From: Lytechinus pictus
Taxonomy: Eukaryota
Direction of reading: 5' to 3'
Assembly: GCF_037042905.1 (NCBI RefSeq)
Contig: NC_087246.1
Span: 5,210,001 to 5,274,000 of the forward strand
Length of the DNA: 64,000 nucleotides
Part shown: piece after piece, positions 39,693 through 52,686 of the stretch
Layout of the letters: every line of letters begins with the position of its first letter
How positions within the stretch are numbered: the first letter of the stretch is position 1
Notes under the pieces: model-generated
Told to the model about the DNA's origin: nothing
Seen by the model: only the letters and a program-made list of their open reading frames with translations
The model's database searches: none
Translations under genes and position numbers: made by a program

Positions 39693-39980
39693 GGGCTCTG
39701 CACCCGAGCCCCAATCATATAGCACTGGCATACAATGGAATGGTTTGGCCGGGGCATGGTCCAAAAAGTTATACGTCAGAGAACAATAAAGAAAAGGAGG
39801 AAGAAAGGAAAGGGAAGTGTATAAGATCTAATGTTATTTTCTTAATATCATGTCAGATCGATTCTATCAGTAATTAAGAATGTATTGGAAAGGTGGAAAA
39901 TTTATGCGTATGAAATGTAAATTAGGAACAGGATACGCGTATCTCACACAACAAAATAACACGAGGGGAAATTTCCAAAA

Positions 39981-40457
39981 TGTGCAATTTGCCAAAATGT
40001 GCCGTACCCTTAAGGCGACCGCACACCTTACGATTGGTCTGCGACCCGATTTCAGAATAAAATGTTGTAAAATTTGATGCTAATATTGAGACTTGGAATA
40101 TCGTACTGTGTATGTTCGAAATCATCGTAAAAATACCTATGTTCAAATCTGTGACTATGCTATAATCCTTCTTAGAATAAAAGCGAATTTAACATCTAGT
40201 CGTAATGACGTCATTGCAGTCGTACGATTGGCTACGATTTGAAACCAATTTGGCCTTTACTCTAAAATAAAGGTTTGCAATCTTTCAAAATGGATATATT
40301 AGTATTCTTTCAATTAATTTTAACCTCAAATAAAATGATATGTTCCATTCACATTTCCAAAAATGAGCAAAGAGCGATTTGTACCAAAATCGGATCGCGA
40401 ACAGTCGTAAGGTGTGCGGTGGCCTTTAGTACGGCACATTTTGGTAACTGCGCACAC
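39981..40457. mobile_element. Palindromic MITE with a second MITE (40014-40424) in its loop
   Basis: Outer tgtgcaatttgccaaaatgtgccgtac/gtacggcacattttggtaactgcgcaca; inner ggcgaccgcacaccttacga/tcgtaaggtgtgcggtggcc. Confidence 0.75.
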
Positions 40458-40872
40458 TTCTCATCTGAGTGGTAGAAATTATGTGTGCGGGAGCTGTAAT
40501 TGCTTTACCAGAGGCGGATGCAGCTTCCGCCAATAAGGGGGGGGGGGGCATTTTCATCTATGTAATGTTTCCCGATCGGACATTCTAAGCACTTTTTGCA
40601 ACCGCGAACAGGATGGGTATATTATAAGCAATTAATGGATGCGAGCGCGAAACGCGAGCTAAACAATTTTGATATTATGACCTCGAACTGGAATATCTCT
40701 AAGCAATTTTGGTAATCAAGAGCAGGATGGGTATCTATCTCAACATTTTTTATGAATGCCAAGCGCGAGCTTAACATTTGTGACATTCCAACCTCAATCT
40801 GGATCTAAGCCACAATTTTAACCAGACTATTATAGGATGAGCTAGTATTTATCTAAATAATTAATGCGAGCA

Positions 40873-41853
40873 TAATATAATAATAATAAGACATTTATAA
40901 TGCGCACAACATATCCACCCTATTAGGGGTGCTCAAGGCGCTGACAATAAATTTAACTCACTACTGGTACAAATTACAATTTGGCCATTAGATATAAGTT
41001 TTCAAACTGGCCTTGAAATGTTCTACTGATCTACAGTCTTTTAGTTTAGTTGGAAGATTGTTCCATAGACGGGGAGTAGCTGATGCAAATGCACGATCTC
41101 CCCCATGACCGTATGGTTTTTGGAATAGAAAGATCGAGAGTAGAAGTCTTAGAAGAGCGAAGACCAGAGCTACCAGGTTTGCGAAAATCAAGAAGAGATG
41201 AGATGTATTCTGGTGAAGAGAAGGTCAGCGCACGATATGCTATCAGAAGAATTTTGTGAGACGATGTTGAACAGGAAGCCAATAAAAGGACTTAAGGACT
41301 GGTGTGATATGGGAAGACCTCCGCGTATAGGTAATTACGTGCAGCGGCATTCTGAACAAGTTGGAGCCTCTTTACTTGAGACAAGGGAATGCCATATACA
41401 ACAAAGAGTTACAACAATCAATGCGAGAAGTAACAAATGCATGAACAAGCTGCTCAGCGGCTTTTTTAGTGAGATATTTGCGAACAATATGGAGATTGCG
41501 GAGACTGTAGATCGCAAGTTTAACACTTGATAATGCTGGCGATTCCATTGTCATATTTGAGTAAAAAATTACTCCTAGATTTCGAACTGTATCCTCTGGA
41601 ATAATCGATAAGGAACCAATTTATGCAAATTTGGAATTGTCAGCTTGGCGAGTTGCAGCTTAGAACCCAGCATAAGAAACTGAGTTTTGTCATCATTAAG
41701 CTTCAAATAATTCTCCATCATCCAGTTCCTAATTTCACTTAAACAGGCTTCAACACGAGCAATCCAGGCATCAACTTCCTCTTGTGTAGGAGAGCACGAA
41801 AAATATATTTGCGTGTCATCAGCATACATATGGTGATTGAGATTATGCCTTTT
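40873..41853 (-). mobile_element. 5'-truncated L2-clade LINE (RT C-terminal half plus tail)
   Basis: MYADDTQIY, LKLNDDKT, SRIDCCNSLL, GDRAFASATPRLWNNLP; 3' tail gcgcattataaatgtc(tta)n. Confidence 0.9.
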
Positions 41854-41855
41854 GA

Positions 41856-42252
41856 GGTATCAGGACAACTACCCCCTGGACAATCACCCCCCGGACAACT
41901 ACCCCCCGGACAATTACCCCCGAGGACAATTACCCCCCGGACAATTACCCCCCGGACAATTACCCCCTGAGAACAACTACCCCCGAGGACAATTACCCCC
42001 CGGACAATTACCCCCCGGACAATTACCCCCTGAGAACAACTACCCCCCGAGGACAATTACCCCCCGGACAATTACCCCCCGGACAATTACCCCCCGGACA
42101 ACTACCCCCCGGACAATGACCCCCCCGGACAATGACCCCCTGGACAATTACCCCCCGGACAACTACCCCCGGACAATTACCCCCCGGACAACTACCCCCT
42201 GAGGACAACTACCCCCGAGGACAACTACCCCCTGGACAATTACCCCCTAGAC
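41856..42252. repeat. 15-bp tandem repeat (cggacaattaccccc) with ~63-bp higher-order unit
   Basis: About 26 units; cgaggacaat variant at 41921, 41984, 42048. Confidence 0.95.
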
Positions 42253-42347
42253 AAAGGGAGTGCACAGAGTCATACGTCGGCCGTACGTTTGACGTAAGAA
42301 GTACTCAAGGCATTCTCGAGTATCTTGCCATCAGTGAGTTACATCCA

Positions 42348-42550
42348 CAGGCGGATCCAGGGGGGGGGGGCAAGGGCCCGGCCCCCCCCCCCCCTATCGG
42401 CAGAGCAAAAAAATGAAAAAAAAGGGGGAAAGAAAGAAAAATAGAAAAAGAAGGGGAAAGAAAGGAGGAAAAATAAGAGGTGAAATAAAAGGAGGGAGAC
42501 GAGTGAAAAAAAAAAGGTCAGGGGATGACTTGGAAAATGTCACTTGTCAC
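42348..42550 (+). mobile_element. Left end of AGGCGGATCC-type MITE (sister at 59191)
   Basis: caggcggatccaggggg..caagggccc..ccctat.ggc.gagcaaaaa shared with 59191. Confidence 0.7.
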
Positions 42551-44821
42551 CAGTGGCGTACCGTGGGTCACGGCATTGGGGGGGCACCAGCAAAAATTTC
42601 GAGTCACTTAGTGAGCGCGCGAAGCGTGCTCAGTTGCCAGGTATACTGACCTAATAGAGACATTTTAAGTACATGCAGTGCCATTAAACGAATATGTATC
42701 TCACTAATTAAATCATGCGAGCGCGAAGCGCGAGCTGAAAATTTTTAGACCTAAAAACTGACATTATAAGCAATTTTTTGTAATCATGATAAGTACCGGA
42801 TCCCTAAACAATTAAATGCAAGCGCGAAGCGCGAGCTGAAATTTTTGTATAATTATATTGACACCAAACAGGGACATTTTAAGGACTATTTTTTTGGAAT
42901 CCATTTAAAGCATAAATATCTCACCATAGTCATCTAATGCTAGTGCCATGCTTTGCTGATTTTATCAGAATTACATCTCAACACATAAAGTCATTGTAAT
43001 CATGATTAACATACGCATCTCACTAATCAATTATTGCGAAGCGCGAAATGCGAGATGAAAATTTAGGAAATTAAGACCTGAGAAGGAGCATTTTAAGGCT
43101 TGTTTGTAGGAATTCATGAACGTATTTCACTAACCAAATGATGCGAGCGCGAAGCTCTAGCTGAAATTTTTGTATATATTGAACCCAAACATGGACATTT
43201 TAAGGACTATTTTTTAGGAATCCATTAAGAGTATACATATTTCACCATAGACATCTACTGCGAGTGTCAAGCGCTGCTTCGCTGATTTTGTTAGAATTAC
43301 ATCAAAACACATGAAGCACTTTTTGTAATCATTGTAATCATGATTATCATACGCATCTCACGAATCGAATACTGCGAGCGCTAAACGCGAGCTGAAAATT
43401 AGGAAACTCAGACCTGAAGAGGGGCATTCTAAGGCTTGTTTGTAGGAATTCTCACTGATCAAATGATGCGAGCGCGAAGCGCGAGCTGAAAATTTTTGAA
43501 ATTCATACCTAAAAAGGGTCAAAATAAGCTATTAAATAAAAAAAAAATACGTATCTGTCTCGCTAAACAAACAATGCGAGCGCGAAGCGCGAGCTAAAAT
43601 TTTTGTTTTTATTGACCCCAAACAGAGACAGTTTAAGGATTATTTTTTAGAAATCAAATAAGAGAATACATATCTCACCATACTCATCTAAGTTGAGTGC
43701 CAAGCGCTTGCTGATTTTGTTAGAAAACATGAAACACCTTTTGTAGTCATTGTAATCATGATTAGAATACGCATCTCACTAATCAAATATTGCGAGCGCG
43801 AAGCGCGAGCTAAAAATTTAGGAAATTCAGACCTGAAGAGAAGCATTCTAAGGCTTGTTTGTAGGAATTTACGAAGATCATACGTACTTCACGTACAAAA
43901 TGATGCGAGCGCGAAGCGCGAGCTGAAAATTTTGTATATATTGACCCCAAACAGGGACATTTTAAGGACTATTTCTTTTTTTGAATCCATTAAGAGTATA
44001 CATATCTCACCATAGTAATCCAATGCGAGTGCCAAGCGATTGCTGATTTTGTTAGAATCACATTCAAACACATGAAGAGCTTTTTGTAGTCATAGTAATC
44101 ATGATTATCATACGCATCTCAGTAGCGCAAAGTGCGAGCTGAAAATATATAGGAAATTCAGATTTGAAGAGGGGCATTCTAAGGCTTGTTTGTAGGAATC
44201 TACTATGACCATACGTATTTCACTAAACAAATGATGCGAGCGCGAATCGCGAGCTGAAAATGTTTGATATTTACATTAGAAAAAGAGACATTTTAAGGAC
44301 CGATTTCAGGAATTCATGAAGAGCAGACAAATCTCATCAATCCACTAATTCGAACGTAAGCACGAACACGAACAAGGATTTTTTTATATACAGACCTTAA
44401 AATGGGGCTATCACTTTAAGTAGTCATGAAAAGAAGCATATGTCACTACATAAAACAATAATAACTCGAAGTGCGATGATATATATTTGGTGCATATTGA
44501 CTTGAAAACAGGACGTTTTGGTACAACATGATTGTACATGTATATCTCGTTAAACAGACAATGCTAGTACCAGGAATAATGAACAAATAGGCCCTGAGCA
44601 CATTATGTTTCATAAAGTTATGAAAAAAAAATTCTTATGTAATATAACACAACATATAATATAATATAACATTATAATGTACAATAAATTCTTCTTTCCC
44701 CCTACGTTTCTTTCTTCTCCCTCTTTTTCTCCCTTTTCTCCCGTTTTTTTTTCTTTTTTGCCAGCCGATTGGGGGGGGGGGGGGGCACGTGCCCCCCATG
44801 CCCCCCGTAGTTACGCCACTG
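42551..44821 (+). mobile_element. hAT-like non-autonomous element with expanded internal tandem repeats
   Basis: TIR cagtggcgta/tacgccactg; many tgcgagcgcgaagcgcgagctgaaa motifs; colinear with 48836-49987. Confidence 0.9.
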
Positions 44822-44866
<45 letters not shown>

Positions 44867-45153
44867 ACATATCATAATCTTAGATTTAAGGAACACAATT
44901 CAAAAAATAAAGTTACCTAAGATGACATTTGTATTAAAAAGTGAAATATTGGGTCGTAATAATATCTAGAATTTTTGTTTAAAAATGAATACAAACATTT
45001 TTTGTGCACTTTCCAAAAACGTAACTGATGGATCGTGTGAGAAAATATTTTGTTTTATAATATTAGAGAGAGAAGGGGGGGGGGGGGGGTGAGGGGGAGA
45101 AAAGGGGACGGGCAGAGAAGTGCAGTGTACCCTAAGTAGAAAATAGGCGGGCA

Positions 45154-45190
45154 GCAGGAGCTGAAGAAGGCCAGGGCCGAAAGTTTTGCA
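45154..45190 (+). ncRNA. Minimal type-I hammerhead-ribozyme-like motif just 5' of Penelope
   Basis: CUGAAGA-A-GGC(CAGG)GCC-GAAA-GUUU. Confidence 0.5.
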
Positions 45191-46067
45191 ACACAGTGTA
45201 CGCTCTGCTTCATTCTTGACCATCATCTACTCTTCACCCCCACACATATATGCACCATCCCTGAAGACCTACCACTTACCGAAGGCGAAAGAACACTTCT
45301 ATCCAGGGGCTTAACGTTCATTCCTAGACAGAGGTATGTCGATGATTTCCAAGTTCGACGAGACTTCGAGTGCTTTGCTCGTCGTCTACGATTGAAAGCT
45401 AATTTTGCCGAAGCAGACCAACAATTGAAACAAGACATCAACACATCTCAGGACCATACAGGATCAACCCAAGAGGTCCCTCCTCCCCCGACGTTTGAAT
45501 CACGTCCTGGACTCCTTCAGACGGTGAGAATCCTAACCTTGACCACTTTATTTCAAAGTGTAGGTCGGATATAGAAGTCCTCCAGAATGCTTCTGCGCCT
45601 TCCCGACCTAACATCACTCATGAAGAACAAGATGCACTCAAATCATTGCGAAACAATCATGACTACGTCATCAAGCCAGCAGACAAAGGAGGGCAGTGGT
45701 TGTATGGCGACGTGATTTGTACATTGCCGAGGCAGAACGTCAACTAAACAACGAGATGTTCTATGAGAAATTGGACATGGATCCAACGGATGAACATCAG
45801 AAGTGTGTGAAGTCCACGGTCACTGAGTTGATCAAGAACGGAGCCCTTCCTCCATCTGCCTCCAGTGTCTGCCAGAATAATCCACGTGGTTCATCTTTCT
45901 ATCTTCTCCCCAAAATACACAAGGAGGGTAACCCTTGTAGACCCATTGTTTCGAACATCGGATGCCCAACTGAAATTATCAGCATATACTTGGACGGGAT
46001 TTTCTCTCCCCTTGTGGCTAAATTGGACACGTATGTGAAAGATTCGTCGGATGCCCTCAAGATCTTT

Positions 46068-48395
46068 GTTAAACTCAATTAATAAGAAAAATAAGATGTA
46101 TTACCAATATAAAAAAACAAAGTCAGCATTTTTGTATAGGAAATATTCAGCATTTAGAAATACTTTAACTGCTACATTGCGTAATGCAAAAAAGCAATAT
46201 TACTGTGCTCAATTCCAAGCGACTTTTAATAATATTAAGGATACCTGGAAAGTGATCAGAAATGTTTTTAAAGCGCCACTTAAGGTTTCAAAGAGAAAAC
46301 AGGTAATCATAAATGATCAAGTTGTGGATGATAACAGTGTTATTGTAGAAGAGTTCAACAATTATTTTTGTAATATTGGTTCAAATTTACAGGCGGCTAT
46401 TCCACCCTGTCAAAAAACCTGTGCTGACTTCTTGTCTGAGCCTCTCAAAAGTAAAAAGAACCCAGGCTGTGATAATATTAAAAATGAACTTATTAAACAT
46501 GTCATTGTAGGAATCTTGACACCTCTTACTCACATCTTTAATCTTTCAATGTCAAATGGCATTGTGCCTAGAAGCATGAAAATTGCAAAAGTTGTGCCAA
46601 TTTTTAAGAAAGGCAACCCTGAATTGTTGACCAATTATCGTCCAATTTCTTTGTTGACATCTTTTTCAAAAATCCTTGAAAAACTCATGTATGCAAGGGT
46701 CATACAATTCTTTAAAAAGTCAAATATCTTTTCGAATTTTCAATTTGGGTTTCGCGAGAAGCATACAACTACACATGCCATTTTGCACTTTGTTGATAAG
46801 GTTGCCACTGCCATGGATAATTACTTGAGCACAATTGGTACATTATTGGATATTTCCAAGGCTTTTGATACAGTTGATCATAAAATTTTGCTACATGAGT
46901 TATCCCATTATGGAGTGAGAGGTGTTGCCCTTGAGTGGTTTAGGAGTTATCTCACTGACAGGAGACAATTTGTATCTTTGAATAGAATTAATTCAAGCTT
47001 GCAAACTGTTACATGTGGTGTACCTCAGGGGTCTCTTCTAGGACCTCTCTTATTCATACTGTATATAAATGATTTTCAAAATTCATCAAACAAATTATCC
47101 TTTATTTTCTTTGCTGATGATTCTAGTGTATTTTTTCACATAGGAATCCTCTTACCCTGATAGAAACAGTGAATTGTGAATTGAATAATGTTATCTTGAG
47201 GGTTCAAGCCAATAAATTATCACTTAATTTTCAAAAGACAAATTATATGCTTTTTAGCAATTCCTTAAAAATGCTGCCTGGCAATATAATGTTTAATAAT
47301 GTCTGTCTTGAAAGAGTAACCTCAACTAAATTTCTTGGGTTATTTATTGATGAGAAATTGAACTGGAAACTTCAGGTAAATCATCTCTGCAAAACTGTTG
47401 TAAAAAAATACCGGTGTTATATACAAGTTGAGATCAGTTTTCCCTAAAGAAATTTTATTTATATTATCTTCCTCATTAATTGTTCCTTACTTAAACTACG
47501 GTGTGCTTGCCTGGGGCAACTCACTTAAACCGCAATTGCAAAAATTATTCATTGTTCAGAAGAGAGCTATTAGAAGTAAATGTAATGTCAGTTATCGTGC
47601 CCATACAAATGTTTTATTTCATGACAATGACTTATTGAAAGTGGAAGATATTTACTTTATGCAGCTAGGATCTCTTATGTATGATTTTGATTCAGGAAGT
47701 CTCCCTTCAGCCCTGGCACTGATATTTAAGAAAAATAGTCAAGTACACAATTACAATACTAGACGATCTTCCACTCTCCATATATCTCGTGCAAGAACAA
47801 AGTGCACTTTGGGCACTCTAGTTTGCACTGGACCCAGGTTTTGGAATGCACTTGACCCTGACATTACACATGCTGTCGGTTCTACAGTGTTTAAACGAAA
47901 ATTGAAATCTTATTTACTGAGTAACTATGGAAGTGATTCGTAAAGCCTATTTTTCGTGTGTTATTTATCAGTTAATGCTAAATTATCAATACTTAACATC
48001 CCCCCTTTCCCGGGCCTGGCTGGTCTCTGTCCTCATGTCCCCTTTTTTGTCCCTTTTGTACATAAATGTGTCCCTCTCCTCTCCCCGTCTCTCTCTTTAG
48101 TTATCATATTATATTATATTGCCATTTCTTTGTTGTTTATCCAATGTTCTTTGAATTCGTAAAGAGGAACCTTAATTTACAAGCATTGCTTCACTTAGGT
48201 CTCCTCGTCTTCCTTTAAAATTATTTCTTTTCTGTCTTAAGCTGTATAATGTATTTAAAAACAATGTTTTTCTGCATACTCTGTTTTATATATACCTGTA
48301 TATTTTATCATGTACTCTGCTCATTGTTTCATACACACTTATATGTTTGTCATGTATTCAAACTCAAAATTGGAAGACAAATAAAATGAACTTAT
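46068..48395 (+). mobile_element. 5'-truncated LINE (CR1/L2 supergroup) inserted in Penelope
   Basis: NYRPISLL, QFGFR, DISKAFDTVDH, GVPQGSLLGP, FADD; AATAAA tail; 7-bp TSD gatcttt at 46061 and 48396. Confidence 0.93.
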
Positions 48396-48728
48396 GATCT
48401 TTCAGGCTATGCAACTACCCTCGCAGGGGCCACGATTTCTCTTCACGATGGATGTCTCATCTCTCTACATTAATATTCCCATGAATGAAGGTCTTCGAGC
48501 TATCAGGTACTTTCTACACAAGCTTCCATCACCGGACCGTCCAGACGATACTACTGTTCTTCGACTCACTGAGTTGGTACTTAGACTTGCTGCTTTTCAG
48601 TTCAATGGAGAATTCTATCTGCAGAAGAAAGGAGTTGCCATGGGAACTAAAATTGGACCTTCCTACGCATGCCTCTTTGTCGGTTGTATCGAACAGGAGA
48701 TATCTTGAGGAGCTTCCGAGGCCCACAG

Positions 48729-50415
48729 CACTGGCGTAAATCCGTGTTGATGGGTGGGGGGGATGACTGAAATATTTTGGCATTTTTTTGCAATCATGTT
48801 TTTAGATATGCAAGGAATTGTCATTGATATGTCCACAGTGGCGTACCTTGGGTCACGGCATTGGGGAGGGGGGCACCAGCGAAATGTTTGAATCACTGAG
48901 TGATCGAGCGCGCTCAGTTGCCAGTTATACTGACCTACTAGGGACATTTTCTGGACAATGTCATTAAACGGATATGCATCTCACTGATCAAATAATGCGA
49001 GCGCGAAGCGCGAGCCGAATTTTTTTTATATTCACACCTAAAAAGATACATTATAATCAAATTTGTGTAATCATGACAGGTACCTGTCTCGCTAAACAAT
49101 ACGAGCGCGAAGCGCGAGCTGAAGTTTTCGTATATTTTGACCCCAAACAGCGAGATTTTGAGGAATATATTTTAGGAATCCATTAAGAGTATGCATATCT
49201 CACCATAGTCATCTAATGCGAGTGCCAAGCGCTTGCTGGTTTTACATCTGAACACATGAAACACTTTTTGTAGTCATTGCAATCATGATTTTCATACGCA
49301 TCTCACTAATCAAATATTGCGAGCGCGAAGCGCGAGCTGAAAACTTAGATAATTCAGACGTGAAGTGGGGCATTCTAAGGTTTCTTTGTAAGAATTAACT
49401 AGGACCATACGTATTTCAATATCCAAATGATGCGAGCGCGAAGTGCGAGCTGAAAATTTTTGATATTCAAATCAGAAGAAGGGACGTTTTAAGGACTGAT
49501 TTTAGGAATTCATGAAGAGCAGACATATCTCACCAATCCACTAATGCGAACGTAATCATGGACAGGAAATGTTTCATATATACGAAGACCTTAACATAGG
49601 GCAATCACTTTTTGAGTCATGAAAAAGAAGCATATGTCACTACATGAAACAATGATAACTCAAGTGCTAGGAAATATATTTGGTTTATATTGACTTGAAA
49701 ACGGGATGTTTCAGTACAACAGGATTATATATCTCGTTAACAGACAATGCAAGGACCAGGAACAATGAATACGTAGACCCTGGGCAAATTATGTTTCATG
49801 AAGTTATGATAAAAATGTTTCTTATGTAATGTAACATAACATAATTACAATATAACATTATAATGAATAATATTTTCTTCTTTCCCACTATACGCTTTTC
49901 TTCCTTTCTCCCTCTTTTCTCCCTTTCCCCGTTTTTTTTTATTCAGCCGATGGGGGGGGGGGGGGGGGGGCCGTAGTTACGCCACTGTATGTCCATATGG
50001 CAAATACCCCTCCAATATTATTATCTTTTTTACCCCATGATGGTTTAATGGTTTAATTAGAGATTACATTAAAAAAGAATTGACATTCCAACTTAATCCC
50101 TTCCCAAAGACCCCAACATTGATGAATTGGAAGAAACGGGAGTTTCTCTTCAATGTTATAATAAGGACATAAGTATTTCGTTTGGAAATGGTGAACTGGC
50201 TCTTTATTTGCATTTTATGATTCAATTATATTGTTTTATTTGTTAAGCGGTATTTCAGGAAGAATCTTCACCAATAAAACAATTATCTCTTGTGATTTTT
50301 TTTTCATTTCTTTCGTAAAAAGTGGGGGGGGGGATGTTTGTACAGGCCATCCCCCCTCCTCGAAAAGTGGGGGGGGGGATATATCCCCCCCATCCCCCCG
50401 GGATTTACGCCAGTG
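48729..50415. mobile_element. hAT-like non-autonomous element inserted in Penelope RT
   Basis: Perfect TIR cactggcgtaaatcc/ggatttacgccagtg; 8-bp TSD gcccacag. Confidence 0.95.
48836..49987 (+). mobile_element. hAT-like element nested in the 48729 element
   Basis: TIR cagtggcgta/tacgccactg; 8-bp TSD tatgtcca. Confidence 0.95.
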
Positions 50416-50492
50416 GCCCACAGCCTCTTCTTTTGAAGAGGTACATCGACGACTATGTAGGAGTTGCATCTTGCCCCTTGGAGTACCTGAAT

Positions 50493-51034
50493 CCCGGGGG
50501 GGGGGGGCACTCAGTATATAATGCATAGTGGGTATGTGCCGCGGAGGGGACCCCATTTTTACACTCAAATTTCCGTTCCAAGGCATAGCATTTTTGTCTT
50601 ATTGAGAAAAAGAACAAAGAAAGCCGCTCCAAGGCATAGCATTTTCTTCTTATCGAGAAAAAAGAAGAAAGATACCCGCTCCAAAGCTTCGCATATTTTC
50701 CGCTACGCCGTTCCGGTCGCATTGATCTGCTACGATGAGCCGCAATTTTTGGTGAAAAGCGGCCGGAGAGCGCTGTCCGACCATCGTCTCTGCGCTGGCG
50801 CAGCCGGCGCCTGTGCGCCGTGCTAGCTGCATGCACGTATGCTCGTTCCATTGGGATGCACACGCAGGCGACCCGTTCCAAGGACCCCCGTTATCACAAA
50901 CATTTGTAGTTCCGAAGCCCGTTCCGAGGACCCTCCTTAAGTTTACAATAAGCCCGCTCCAAGGCCCCCGTTTTTTGTCTCGCCCGCGGCACACCCCTAC
51001 TACTTTTTTGGTCGAGTGCCCCCCCGGCCCCGGG
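50493..51034. mobile_element. GC-rich MITE (CCCGGGG termini) inserted in Penelope RT
   Basis: cccggggg..ggcactc / gagtgcccccc..ccccggg; 8-bp TSD acctgaat. Confidence 0.93.
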
Positions 51035-51042
51035 ACCTGAAT

Positions 51043-52071
51043 GAGCTGATTGCTCATTTCAACGATTTCCATCCGTGTCTCAAGTTCACTCACAAGATCT
51101 CTGAGGATTCACTCCCATTTCTAGACATTCAACTTCGGATAAATGGCCAGCAGATTAAAACTAGTGTACACTACGAGTCTACAGATGCTCACTGCTACCT
51201 AAATTATTTGTCTTCTCATCCACCCAGCTACAAGCAATCAATTCCTTTCTCACAACTCACCCGGCTCCGGCGTCTTTGCAGTGATGACCAGGACTTCAGA
51301 CAACGATCCGAAGAAATGACAGGGTTCTTCCGACAAAGGGGTTATCCTGAGCAAGTCATCCAAAAAGCTTCTTGGAAAGCTTCCAGTCTAAGTCGCACGG
51401 CCACTTTGCAACCACGTCAGCAAGAGAACATGGACCGGGTACCATTGGTCATAACGTACCATCCGTCTACAGAGAGGATCGTCTCAACCATCATGAATAA
51501 CACGGGCATTCTCAAGGAGGATGAGAATAACCGGGAGATATTCAAGAATCCTTCAGTGGTCGCGCATAAGAAAGACAAGAGCCTCCGCAATCTGCTGGTA
51601 CATTCCAAATTAACATCTACAACTCCTGAGGAGAATCACGGGACCGTGAGATGCGGAAGGAGCAGATGTAATACATGCAACTTCATACTGCAAGATACCA
51701 CTATCAAGGGACCTAAGTCTACCTGGATTGTTCGGGATCATTTTACATGCACTACCACCAACTTGATCTATGTTATAGTGTTCACCGCATGTGAAATGCT
51801 ATATGTCGGTGAGACTAAACGGAGGATGGCCGATCGCACCAATGAACATCTACGATCAATCCGACTTCACACCACAGGACTTCCAGTTGCTCATCAATCT
51901 TCCAGGACAGGACACTCAATCAGCAACTTCAAAATATGTGGCATCGTGAGATGTTCTGGTACTACAGATGAGGAGAGGAAAATCCGGGAAGAACGTATGA
52001 TCCACCGCCTGAGATGTCTCCAACCAAACGGAGTCAACGCAGCCTTTCGCTCCTCCCTTATGAACTCTTAG
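51043..52071 (+). pseudogene. Penelope ORF C-terminal part (RT thumb, linker, GIY-YIG endonuclease)
   Basis: Open ~340 codons; upstream part disrupted by insertions and frameshifts. Confidence 0.88.
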
Positions 52072-52686
52072 TTTCTTGTCAATTTTCCTTGCTTCTTTGT
52101 TTTCTGGTGTGTTGTTGTCATCTTTTCTTTCTAAATATCTTTCTCTCGCTCTCTCCCCTCCTCTTTTTCTCATTCGTTCTCTCTCCCTCTTTTCTCCCTC
52201 TTTCTCTTCCTTAGCTGGTATATTCTTACCTTTTCTTCTATTTTCTTTCTCCCACTCCGCCCCTATATTTGTCTCTCTTTTCTTGTATTTTTTTTTCTAT
52301 TTCTCACCCCCTTCTCTGTGTCTCCCACCTCTCTCTCTTCTATCTCTCTCCTTCTCTTCTCTATCTCCCTCTCCCCCCTCTCTCTCTATTTTATAAATTT
52401 ATGTTCATTCTACTCTCTGTTCCTCTTATGTTTGCCTTTTCCCCAATGCTTCTCTTTCTCACTTGTTTCTGCTTTCCCGTTTTTCTTTTTTTTTCTTTTT
52501 CTTTTCATTTCTTTCGTTCATTCTCTGATCCCTTCTTTATTTCCTCGCCTCCTTCCCTCCTCTCTTTCCTTGTTACGTAAGAGCGCCTCTCTGTCGGGTG
52601 CGCCTACATCAAGGGCGCTCCTTGAGAGAGTGCGCGCTTTACTGTTGTTGATCTTGACGCATTTTCAAAGTTGATCTTAATCGATA

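Noticed and set aside
41739..42416. Collagen- or Pro-rich repeat ORFs
   Set aside because: Translations of the 15-bp satellite
50231..51093. Cluster of GC-rich ORFs
   Set aside because: Lie within TSD-bounded MITEs; no recognisable domain
52076..52674. Hydrophobic L/F/S-rich ORFs
   Set aside because: Pyrimidine-rich low-complexity 3' UTR of the Penelope element
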